A stretch of DNA of 64,000 bases from Paragordius varius (Eukaryota > Animalia > Nematomorpha). The number at the start of each line of letters is the position of its first letter. The stretch's first letter is position 1. Under the pieces are notes generated by a model. It had not been told where the DNA came from. It was given only the letters and a program-made list of their open reading frames with translations, and did not search any database. Location of the stretch: assembly GCA_964247055.1 (NCBI GenBank), contig OZ176058.1, forward strand, positions 372,001 through 436,000, written 5' to 3'. Positions 14,330-26,600 of the stretch are shown here, piece after piece. The translations under genes were made by a program, and so were the position numbers.

Positions 14330-14625
14330 CAGTAAAAATTGATATTATACGGACAAAATGTAAAAATATAAAGACAAATATTTTTTTTCTAAAAGACAAC
14401 CATACTTTTTTAAATCTTAATTATTCTCATATAAATTATATAATAACAATTTAAAATTATATTATTAATTGTGACACCAATATAGATATTAATTCTATAA
14501 TATGCAATTTAAAACGATGAGTTCTATTTAAAAAAATGAAGCTTAAAGTATGGGGTTGTTTTTTAGAAAAAATATTTGTCTTTATATTTTTACATTTTAT
14601 TCGTGCGTAGTTTCAATTTTTACTC
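14330..14625. mobile_element. MITE family 1
   Basis: TA-cagtaaaaattgatattatacggac ... tttcaatttttactc-TA. Confidence 0.85.
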
Positions 14626-14700
14626 TATGTCTTTTAAAATGTAAAACTATATCAAATAATTGATCATTCAAGACAATAAATTATAAACCTTTTTTTAATA

Positions 14701-15034
14701 TACCATTTATTCAAATTCACCTTTAAACAATTCAAATTCACAATTGAACAATTCAAATTCACCCTCGAACAATTCAAATTCACCCTAAAAATAAATTATG
14801 TGTTTTCGAACTAATATAACTCATTATTAATATAAAATATACCTTTATGGCATAATTAATTATTTTTTTCAGTATTATTTTAATTTAAAACAAAATTTTA
14901 TTTTTTAAAAATATATTATATATTAAAAAACATGTTATTTATTTGAGGGTGAATTTGAATTGTTCAAGGGTGAATTTGAATTGTTCGAGGGTGAATTTGA
15001 ATTGTTTAAGGGTGAACTTGAACTGTAAATGGTA
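14701..15034. mobile_element. Foldback MITE family 2 (21-bp unit aacaattcaaattcaccctcg)
   Basis: TACCATTT...AAATGGTA termini, inverted 21-mer arrays, shared core taatgagtta..gttcgaaaacacataatt. Confidence 0.88.
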
Positions 15035-15888
15035 TAACATAATCTATTGTTTTGAGTTGCGAAAAAAGAAAAGATACAATAAATATTGAAATTATACGGA
15101 CAAAATGTAAAAATATAAAGACAAATATTTTTTTCAAAAGACAACCGTACTATTTTAATCCTTAATTTTATTAAATATTACTCATTTATTTAAACTGCAA
15201 AGTATATAGAATATATATTGGTAATACAAACAATGAAATATTTTAAGATTACGATTAAATGCTTATAATATGATAAATTAAGTTTGAAAAAGTATGGTTG
15301 TCTTTTGAAAAAATAATTATTTCTTTATATTTTTACGATTTGTCCGTATAATTTTAATTTTTACTGTATAATGGTAATACTCTTAATCATATATTTTTGA
15401 TATTAAATAATATATCAGTTTTATGGGAAAAATAAAAATCAATTTTCTTACCTTTTGTCTTTATAATTAAATGCAAAAAAATTAATTATAAAGATGGCAT
15501 AATTATATAAGTAAAAATAGGGTTATATAATTCAATTTAAACAAATATTTCATATCTCATAACATAATATTATCAAGTTGAGTTATAAAAGATATTATTT
15601 TAAAAAATTTATCGCATTTATTAGGGAATTTAATAAGGTATCAAATTATTTTCTTTCATACATCTTTCTGTCTTTTACGCCAGGTTTTAAATGGCGAAAT
15701 TTTTGGCTATAATCTACACTTTAATTATATCTAAAATAAAAAAATGACCTTAAAATTGAAATTAACAATTAAAACGTGTAAAAACATAAAGACCAACCTA
15801 TTTTTTGACACCTTATTTTTTCCAACATAAATTATTTAGAAAAAATCTTTTATATAGAGTTAAAAGCAATTAATGAGTTAAAAAAATG

Positions 15889-16184
15889 CAGTAAAAACTG
15901 AAATTACTATGGACAAAACGTAAAAATATAAAGACAAATATTTTTTTTAAAATACAACAACCATACTTTTTAAAACCTTTATTTTTGCTATATAAAATAT
16001 TTAATTATAATCGTAATTTACATATTTGATTGTGCTACCAATTTAAATTTCTATATATTATATACTTTGTAGTTTAAAATAATGAGTGATATGTAAAAAA
16101 ATCAAGATTAAAAAAAATATGGTCGTCTTTTAGATAAAAATATTTGTCTTTATATTTACCCGTAAAATCGTACAATTTTTACTG
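15889..16184. mobile_element. MITE family 1
   Basis: cagtaaaaactgaaattac...ggacaaaacg ... tttttactg-TA. Confidence 0.8.
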
Positions 16185-18044
16185 TAATTATTGCCATATA
16201 TATCAAAGGGGGCAGTATTATTGGTTTAGAGTTATTTTTTCACCTTTTACTATTCTTATTAGCCAATAATAATTCTCTTTGCTATTGAATATGCTATTTG
16301 GCAATAATTGATAACTTTCTAGCATATATACTTACTCATATTGTATCTTGAAATACAAAAATTATCTCTTTGGGTCAAAAAATCTGTGTAAATATATGCT
16401 TTATGTGTAATCTATCTATACGTTAATAGCACAATCAAACAGTTAAAATCAATCAGATATATTAAAATAATTATAGATTTAAAAAGTATGGAGTTGCCTT
16501 TTACAAAAAATATAAACTTTATATTTTTACGTTTGTCGTGACGATAAATTCATACATATTTAATTTTACCATTGCAAAATATGGAATTGATTGTGTAGGT
16601 ATTATACATTTCTATTTCACAATTTAATATTTAAAAAAAGGATTTATATTGAAAGAAATCAAGATTAAAATAATGGGGTTGTATTTTAGAAAAAAACATT
16701 TGTCTTTATATTTTTACCTTTTGTCTTTCCGTATAATATCATTTGTTACTGTAATTTACAGTCTATTTCATACTTTGCAGTTTAAAACAATGATTCACAT
16801 CATAAAATTCAGCTGTCCTTTTTTACAGAAACCAAATTTATATTTATGTTTTTTCTATTTGCTTCTATAATTTGGATTTCACAATACTTTTTTTACCAGA
16901 TATTTATTTTACCAATGTATTTTATAATTTCCCCTAGCAAGCTTAAATTTTACTTATGTTCTAGGCATGAAAATTTCTCCGTGCCCCGTATTAAAACAAT
17001 GTTAATTTAAAACGTTAATTCATTATAAATTATTAGGTAAAACAGATTAAACAATATTTTATAAGGGCAAACCTATTTTTATCTTAATATTTTGAAATTT
17101 TCAATCAATTATACAAAAAAAGCAAATAAAATTTTTCAAATATATATATATAATACTCTACGTGAAAAATGGTGAAAATGCTTTTTATAAAGTAAAATTT
17201 ATTAGAAACAACCAGGAGATTTCTCTTTTTATTGTCTATTATATAAATTTACTTTTGAGTTTAAACAAAATTTTTGGCAAACAAATTTAAATTAAATTTT
17301 TATTTTTGCAATTTATAAATATAATTGCCATATGTAATACATGCATTCAAGATCTCCACCTGTTTTAATCAATTGATTTTTTTTATAACAAAATTTTTAA
17401 TTTTTAACCCTATTTACCCCTATTTTGAAGCTGAAATCCTTATTTTGATAGCAAAAAAATCTAATTCTTATATTTAATCTTTCCTTTTTTATCAATCGAA
17501 GTTCTAAAGGTAATTAGTAATATAATTTTATATTTTAAATTTATATCTAAATATTTCAAATCTAAATCAATTTTTTCATAATTTAAATATTTTCTACCCA
17601 TAGTTAATTATATATTTTTAATTTATTAACCTACCTTAATTTAATTATATAAATGTATAAATATATATATATATATACAGTGAAAATTGAAATTAACGTA
17701 CAAAACCGAAAAAATATAAAGACAAAAATTTTTTTCTAAAAAACAACCCCATACTTTTTAAATATTGATTTATTTCAAATTTACTCTTTTAAACTAAAAA
17801 TTATAAAATAAAAATGTAAATCATTTATGTATTTTACCATTTTAATCTAATATTCTATAAATCAATAATTAAGGTTTAAAAAAGTTAGGGTTGACCTTTA
17901 GTAAAAAAAAATTGTCTTTATATTTTAACGTTTTGTCCGTATAATTTCATATCTATATATATATATTTTAAATTTTTTTACAAAATATTTTAATTTTTAG
18001 ATATTTTTTGAAACCAAATGTCAAATAATATAGAAAATCAAAAA

Positions 18045-18166
18045 ATGTCTTTAAATATGGAAAAAGAAAATCTAAAAACTCAAAATCTCGATTCAAGATC
18101 AGCTGATAAAGATGGCGACCTTAAAAAAGTTCGGAAAAAACCTCGAATAAATCGGAAAGAACGAAA
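18045..18166 (+). CDS. DGAT1: DGAT1-B exon 1 ([10 protein letters not shown]...RINRKERK)
   Basis: The ATG and frame are conserved in the inverted copy (8759-8880). The phase-2 donor GTTTTT joins exon 2 in frame. An in-frame upstream ATG at 18018 is not conserved in copy A. Confidence 0.8.
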
Positions 18167-20132
18167 GTTTTTCTTGGAAATTTAAATTTTTTACAAAAAA
18201 TATTTTTTTTTAAATTTTATAAATTTTTTAAAATTATCATTTTTGATAAAAATTATTTTTTTATATTTTGAAAAAATTTTATTTTTGATAAAATTTTATT
18301 TTTTATAATTTTGTTTAATTTTTTCAAAAATAAATTTAATTTTTTGAAAATTAAATTTAATTTTTGAATTTGGTTTTTTATTTTTTTTAAAAATTTTATT
18401 TTTTATTAAATTAATATCCATATTTAATTTTTGAAATTAATTGAATTTTATATTTATTTAACACATAAATATTGTTTAATTTTAATTATTTTAGTTTTTT
18501 GGTTGTATAATTTTTTAATTTTTTTTATAGCTGTTTTATTTAGATTTTTATATTTAATTTTTTATTTTTTTAAAATAATTTAAAACCGCCTTTTCTGATT
18601 CTGTCAATTTTGGATGTAATATAAATAAAAAATTAATATTCTTATATTAAAATATTTTTATTTCAATACAAATTATCAATATTTAAAAAATAAATAAAAT
18701 TTAATAAATTATTTTTTGTTATTTGAAAATTTAATAAATTATTTTTATTTCAATACAAATTATCAATATTTAAAAAATAAATAAAATTTAATAAAATATA
18801 AATATTATTTTTGAATTTAAAATTAATTAATTTTTCTAAAATAATAAATTTAAATTTTTAATTTTTTATATTTTATTTTTTTAATTTTTTATAAAATTAA
18901 ATTATAAATTATTTATTTTTTAGAGTTCATTCAGCCAAAGACTCCTTGTTTACAAGTTCAAGCGGTTTTGCAAATTATAGAGGGCTGTTTAATCTCGCCA
19001 TGATTTTATTGGTAAAATTATTTATTTAATTAATATTTTTTTAATAAATTTATATTTTCATTAATTATTTAATTAATAGAAATATATTTTTAAATTAAAA
19101 ATAAATATTTACTGTATAAATGATTTTTAATCAATTTAATTATTTAAATTATAATAAATATTTTTCATTAAATTTATATTATATTTTTTAAAAAATAATA
19201 ATGTTTTTTTATAAAATATTACTTTTTATAAATTATTTAAAATATATAATAATTTTACAATATTTTAAGTAAAAAAATTTTTATTGTAAAACTAACATAT
19301 TTTTGAAAATAAATATTTTTTTTTTGAAATATATATTTTTTTATAGAATTTTAATATTTATAAATTATTTAAAAGAATAATTATTTTTTTTTTCAATTTA
19401 ATTTATTTAAAATATTTATTACATATTTTTAATATAATGAAAAAACGTGTATAATATTTTATACAATATTAAATTATTTATTTTTAATAAAAAAATTTTT
19501 TTAATAAATTTAAAATTTATTCAATTAAAAAAATATTTTTATTTATAGATATACATTTATATATATTTTTTATAAAAAATTTTTTTTTATCTGTTTAAAA
19601 AATTATTGAAATTAAAAAAAAAATTTAAATTATTTAAGTTTTAACTTTTTAATTAAAATGTATTTATTTCTTTAATTTATAATAAATATTTTTTTATTTA
19701 TTTAAAAATTATTTAAATTCTTGAGAATGTCATTAAATATAGAAATATTTTTAAAAATATTTTTTTTTAAAATAAATCCAAAAAATTAAATTTTTAGATC
19801 TTTTACAAACCTAAATCATTTTATTAAATAAATATTTAATTATTTCAAAAAATTTTCAATTAAAAAAAATATGTATTTGGATATTTTTAATTAAAAATAT
19901 TTCTATTTTATAAAATATTTATAGAAAAAATTTTTATATTTTTTTTTAAAATGTTTATTTTTTTTATTAATTTTTATATTTTTTAAAATTATTTATATTA
20001 TTTCATAAAAAATTAATTTTTTTAAAAAATTTAATTTATAAATATTATTAATTATCATATGTTAATCAGGTGGTATCCTCGCCTTGCTCTTGATGTGATA
20101 AAAATATAGAATTTTTTTTTAATATTTTTTAA

Positions 20133-20176
<44 letters not shown>

Positions 20177-23100
20177 TTAAATTATTTCAAAATTATATTT
20201 TGTAATTGGTAAATTTAAAAACATATTTTAAATTTTTTTTTAATTTTTAATTTTTTTTGTTTTTAAATAAAGAATATTTTTTTTATTAAATTTATATATA
20301 TTATAATTTTTTAAAAATTTTTCAAATTATATAAATTTTAATTAAAAAAATATTATAAATAAAATTTTTATTTTATTAAAAATTTCAAATTAATAAAAAT
20401 ATATTATTTATTTTTTTTTAAATTTGTTTTATATTATATAATAAAAATTAAAAAAATTTAAATTATTATTTCAAAAATAATAAAATATTTTTAAAAATTT
20501 ATAATTTTTTAAATTATCATATGTTAATCAGGTGGTTTCCCATTTAAGACTGGCTTTTGACAATGTGATTTAAAATTGAAATATTTTTCAAATTTTTCTT
20601 ATTAATTTGAAAATTTTATTTTTAAAAAATAAATTAAAATTATTTTAATTAATATATATATATAATTTAATTTTTAAAAATTATGTAAAATATTTCAAAA
20701 TTATTTAAATTAAAAAATCCAAAATATTATTATAAAAAAAACTATTTTTTTATTTTTAATTAACTATATTTTTTTATTTTCATAATTATATAAATTTAAA
20801 TTATTCAAATTAAAAAAATATAAACTATAAATAACTATTTTTTTAAATATTTTAAAAAATTTTAAATTTTTTTTATCTAAAAATTATTTTTTTAAATTAT
20901 CATATGTTATTCAGGTGGTTTCCCATTCAAGACTGGCTCTTGAGAATGTCATTAATATATATATATTTTAAAAATTAAAGTTAAAATATAAAAGATTTTA
21001 TATTATATATCTATATATAAATTATTTTATTTTTTTTAAAAATTATCCAAATTAAAAATTATATTTTCGGATAATAATTAAATAAATTTTTTTTCCAATT
21101 ATATATTCCTTTTTGTATAATAAAATTAATAATTATTTCAAAATTTTCAAATTTTGAAATTAATAAAATAATTCAAATTTAAATTAAAAAATAAATTAGT
21201 AAATTTAATATATAAATTTTTTTTTTGATTTTTATTTTTTAATAAAATAAAAAATATCTATTTTTTTTATTTAATCAGGTGGTTAGCCATTCAAGACTGG
21301 CTCTTGAGAATGTGATATTATTTATATAATTTTTAAAAAATTTTATTATAATTTGTAAAAATTATTTAAATTTAAAAATCCAAAAAAATATGTTAAATAA
21401 ATTTTTTTATTTAATTTATAAAAAAATTTAGTTTATAGTTAAATAAAATATTTTTTTATTTTTAATTAAAAATATTTTTATTTAAATTAAAAAAAATATT
21501 TTTTTAAAATTATCATATGTTTAACAGGTGGTTTCCCATTCGAAGTTAGCCCTTGAGAATGTGATTAAAAAATAAAAAAAATTGATATTTTTCAAAAATT
21601 AAAAAATATTATTTTGAAAAATTTTAATATATAATTATTTCAAAATTATTCAAATCAAAATTTTTTAAATTTTATTTTATAAAAAATATTTTTTAAAAAT
21701 TACCTCAAAATTATTTTAATTAAAAAATTCAAAAAATATGTTAAATAAAAATTTTTATTTAATTTTTTATATAAAATTATATAGATATAAAAAATTATTT
21801 ATATCAAAATAAATTAAAAAAAATATTTTTTTAAAATTATCATATGTTTAACAGGTGGTTTCCCATTCTCGGTTAGCTCTTGAGAATGTGATAAAGTATG
21901 GCATTCTGGTGGATCCAATAGCTTGGGTTACTTTTTTCCTCCGGGACCCTTATCATTGGCCCTGTACTTGTCTGTTCCTATGTATGAATGCTAATCATAT
22001 GTTTTCAAGCATATGATTTGAGAAAAAAACATATTACATTTATGTTTTGAATGTGATTTAAAAGTTTTAAAAGTTATTGAAAATATATGATTAGGGACGT
22101 TTTTCTAAAAATATATATGTTTTGTATAACATGTGATTTGAGAACGTTTTTTTAGAACATAGATATATTTTAGAAATACATATGATTTTACTTGAAAACA
22201 TATGTTTTTTTTATATAATACATATTATTTTTGCTTGAAAACATATGATATGAAAAAAATAATAAAATTATTGAAAAACATATGATTTGGGAATTTTTAA
22301 AACAATGATAAATATATTTTCTGTTTTAAAAGTTAAATTATATATTTTTTTCCTCCGGAATCCATATCATTGGCCCTGCACTTGTCTGTTCCTATGTATG
22401 AATGCGTTAATCATATGATTTTTGCTTGAAAACATGTGTTTTAAAGATTTTGTAAGATTGTGTTTTTTTAAAAAAGTTAAAAAATATGTGTTTTGAGGAC
22501 GTTTTCTAATTTATTTTGTGAAAGAGTGTTTTTAAAATATAGATCTTTTCTGTTTGAAAATTTGCGCTAATCATATGATTTTTGTTGAAAACAAATGTTT
22601 CGAAAAACATACGTTTTAAAAAACTATAAAAAGAATATTTGTGTGTTTTACCTTAAAATGTGTGGGAAAATAATTCTTTTTTAATAATTATATTTAATAA
22701 ATTAAGAACTTTTCTTAAAAAGAGTCTCAGTATAAAAATGTGTGTTTATTAAGAAAATATATTTATATGTGTTCGTTTAACTCCGGGATCCTTATCATTG
22801 GCCATGCACTTGTCTGTTTCTATGTATGAATGCTAATCATATGATTTTTTGAAATTATGTGTTTTGAAAACATATGATTTATAAAAAAACATATGTTTAG
22901 CAAAAACATGTGTGATTTAAAAGTTATAAAATATTGAAAAACATATGTAATTTTTGTTTGAAAACACATATGTTTAGAAAAATATATTTGAGGGAGTTTT
23001 TTAAAACAAATATTTTTTTTTAGAAAATATATTTTTTTAAATATTTTTATTTATTTTTTTTAATAAATTTTTTGGTAAAGAATTATATTTTTATGGGTTT

Positions 23101-23605
23101 ATATTGATGGGTAATTATGTTTACATGTATAAAAAAATAAATGTTTTTATAAATTTGGTGAAATTTTTTTATAAAAATACTGAAAAAAAAGTTTTTCAAA
23201 GAGAGTTATAAAAGTTTTACAAAGTTTTAAAAACTCATGATTATGAAATTTATGTAGAAATATTTGTTTGTTAAAAAATTGTAAACAATAAATGATTTTT
23301 GTGATAAAAACATAGTTTAAACCATTTACAATTTAAATTCACATCCTATTAACATAAATTATGTGGTTTTTAAAAAGTTACACCTATAGATTTTTAGATA
23401 TGCTATTAAAAAATAAAAAATTTTTGTTTTAAATTAAAAAAAAACTGAAAAGATAAAAAACTATCCGTCATAAAGATATATTTCATATTAATAATGAGTT
23501 ATATTAGTTTTTGATATAATAATTTATTTTTAAGGTAAAAGTGAAATGTCCAAAGGTAAATTTGAATTGTAAATGATATAAATATATATTTAATTTTTTA
23601 TTTCA

Positions 23606-23641
<36 letters not shown>

Positions 23642-23660
23642 TTTTTTATTTCAAAATATA

Positions 23661-23691
<31 letters not shown>

Positions 23692-26600
23692 TTAGTTTCA
23701 AATACATTTCCTCTCATCTGTTTTGCACTGGAAAAACTAATGTCCAAAGTATAATATAATTTTTTATTAAAAAAATATCAGCTGTTTACAACATTTTTTT
23801 TATTATTTTATAAATTAACATATTATATGTTTTCGCTTTTTAATTAACCAAAATTACATCTACAATATTATATATATATATATTATATATTTATTAATAT
23901 CTGTAATTATTAAATATTTTTAATTTTTACAATATATAATTTTTCATAATTTGCAATCATATCAGTTTTAGTAAAATTGTAATAAATCAGCTGTTTTATC
24001 AAATATTATCAGCTGTGTTTTTATTATTTTTTTTATATTTATAGAATTTTAATTTTTATTTACTATAATTATTATTAAATATTTATAAAATTATTTTTTG
24101 CATATTGATAAAGTATCAGCTGATTATTAATTATTTTTATTTTATTTTAGAATAAAATGCCCGAAAAATTTGGATTAATCCTACAATCCTTGAATATAAT
24201 AACTGTCCTAATTTTTCCAGCTGTTATCGTTTGGATAGTTAGGCCGAATCCAAGTAAACAGCTGATATTTATGAATATTTTATTATTTTTTATTAGTATT
24301 TATAGAGAAATACATTTAAAAAAATTAATAAAAGGAATTTTTAAAAAGGATTTTTCTAGAAATTTCATAAAAATATAAACAAAAGCCGTTTTTTGACATA
24401 AAATTTAAAAAATAATAAAAAAATTTTAACTTTTTTTTTAATTTTATTGTTTGAGTAATTATTATTTTAAAAAAATAAATTTTCAAATTTTATTCTAAAT
24501 AAAAAATTATTTTTTTGTTTTATTAAAATTTTTAATATATTTTTTTTTGAAATAATTTTATTTTTAAATTTAAAAAAAATTATTTTTTTTATTTTTGTTT
24601 ATTTTTTAACTAATTATTTTTTTTAAAAAAATAAATTTTTAAAAAGAAGTAAAAAATCTTTTTTTTTAATTTTATTTTTTTGAAATAAATTCGTAAATTT
24701 AAATCTAATTAAAATTTTTTTTGAAATTTCCATTTTTTTAAAAAAATATTACTTTTTTAAAGAATTATTTTATTATTTAAAAAATTATTTTATATTAAAT
24801 TGTAAATAAAATTTTTAAAATATTTTAATTTTTTAAGAAAAATCATTTTGTTAATTTAGTTGCAGCTGTTTATACGCTAACTATTTATACGTGCATTTTC
24901 CTGAAACTCGTTTCCTACGTGGCTGTCAATCATTGGTGTCGAGATGCCATCCGGAGACACCTGCCAATCAATCAACAGCTGATGGCACATGAACACCTGA
25001 TTGAGGCTGACACATCAGCTGATGTCTCGTTGTCTAGGCAACGACGTGGAAAAGATTATTTAAAAGCCAAATCGAAATCTTTATATATTAATACAGATGA
25101 GAATATGAAAAATGAAAATAAAATGGAAAATAGCTTAGAAGACTTAAATACACCATCAGCTGATGTCTCGTTACCTAGGCAACGACGTGGAAAAGATTAT
25201 TTAAAAGCCAAATCGAAATTACATATTAATGCAAAAGAATTTAATACACCATCACCTGATGCCTCGTTACCTAGGCAACCACGTGGAAAAGAATTAAAAG
25301 CCAAACCTAAATCCTTACATTTTGTTGAACATGATTACAGTATTACTAATACAGATAATGAAAATATAAAGGAAAATAGTTTAAAAGACTTTAGTACACC
25401 ATCAGCTGATGCCTCGTTGCCACGGCAACGCAGAAAACAGCTGTCCACAAGTGAGAATAAAATAGCAAGAAAGGATGACGAGAATATAATTTTCTCAACT
25501 ACAGATGATTTCAAGAAAAATGAATTTGAAAACAATGGCAAAGGTGAAAATGATATGGAAAATCTTGATGAGACGCCATCTTTATCGCCATCAGGTGATG
25601 AATCATCAGCTGTTTCAGAGGGTAGTTCAGTAACAGCTGATTCTGATCATGCGAGTGAGGATCATATGGCGGAAAAAGCACCCAAGAAAAAAAAGTATGA
25701 TATTTTTTATTTTAAAACGCTTCTTTTATTCGAAAGAAAAATCTGTTTTTTAAGTCAACTGTGTAAATGAATGCATCACTAGCAGCTGTTTGCACAATCA
25801 TATCAGCTGTAATTTTTGAATGCATAGAACGTTTTTTTTCAAATTTAAAACAGCTGATATTTTGTTTATAATAAAGATTTTTAAAACTTTTTTATAATTT
25901 ATTTTTAGTATAATACATAATTAATGTGAATTTTTGTTTATATATATATATGTATACATTGTTTATATTTTTTAAAAAAACGATAATATATTTAAATAAT
26001 TTATATTTTCTATATTTAAAATATATATATATATCTTTTGAAAAAATATACTTAAAATTATAATATTTAAATAATTCATATTATATATTTATAAAGTATT
26101 AAATAATACATATATTATATATTAAAATTTTATAAAAAATATGTTTTAATTTTTATTAAATATTTAAATAAATTTAATTTAAATTATTAATATATTTGAC
26201 TAATTTATATAATATAATAATGTATAATAAAAATTTATATATTTTTATTTTAATAAATATATTTTTTTTAAAATAATTATAATATTAATTTTTAAATATT
26301 TAAATATTTAAATAAATTTAAATTTATTATTTTTAATAAATTATTTTTTAGTTATAGCATATTTATTTATAAAATAAATTAAAAATAAAATTTAAAAATA
26401 AAAAAAAAATTTTTTTTTTAGAAATTTTAAAAGTGCTTCAGTATTTGTTAAACGAGAATCTTGCACACCTCAGAGCTTATATGCCTATAGAGATGAAAAA
26501 GGTTAGATTTTTAATTAAATTAATTTTAATTTAAAAATTAATATATTTAGAAATTATTTAAATTAATTTTTTATTAAAAATTAATTTTTTTAATTTTTAT

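Larger units (their letters stand above)
9900..16200. repeat. Segmental duplication block, inverted paralog of about 46.7-59.7 kb (rearranged)
   Basis: Unique anchors match in reverse: 10030-10130 with 49220-49320 and 57600-57700; 10391 with 48955; 10801 with 48541; 13111 with 52861; 13801-13870 with 51250-51320; 15661-15720 with 59365-59420. Confidence 0.88.

Noticed and set aside
16200-17640. Unique, slightly GC-richer stretch upstream of DGAT1-B, possibly a decayed transposase or promoter
   Set aside because: I found no sustained frame or recognisable motif by eye; a translated homology search would be needed.
20050-21570. 41-nt half-exons as mutually exclusive cassette exons (Dscam-like)
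   Set aside because: They have acceptors but no GT donor after the conserved part, and they run into AT-rich sequence with stops, so canonical cassette splicing is not supported.
21896-21901. GTATGG inside exon 3 as a used donor
   Set aside because: The downstream sequence continues in frame as KYGILVDP, and no separate acceptor for the remaining 86 nt is present.
24919-25770. 283-aa ORF as a stand-alone gene
   Set aside because: It starts at a GTG inside the DGAT1 motif [10 protein letters not shown] and is the body of exon 6; its tail beyond 25694 is intron.
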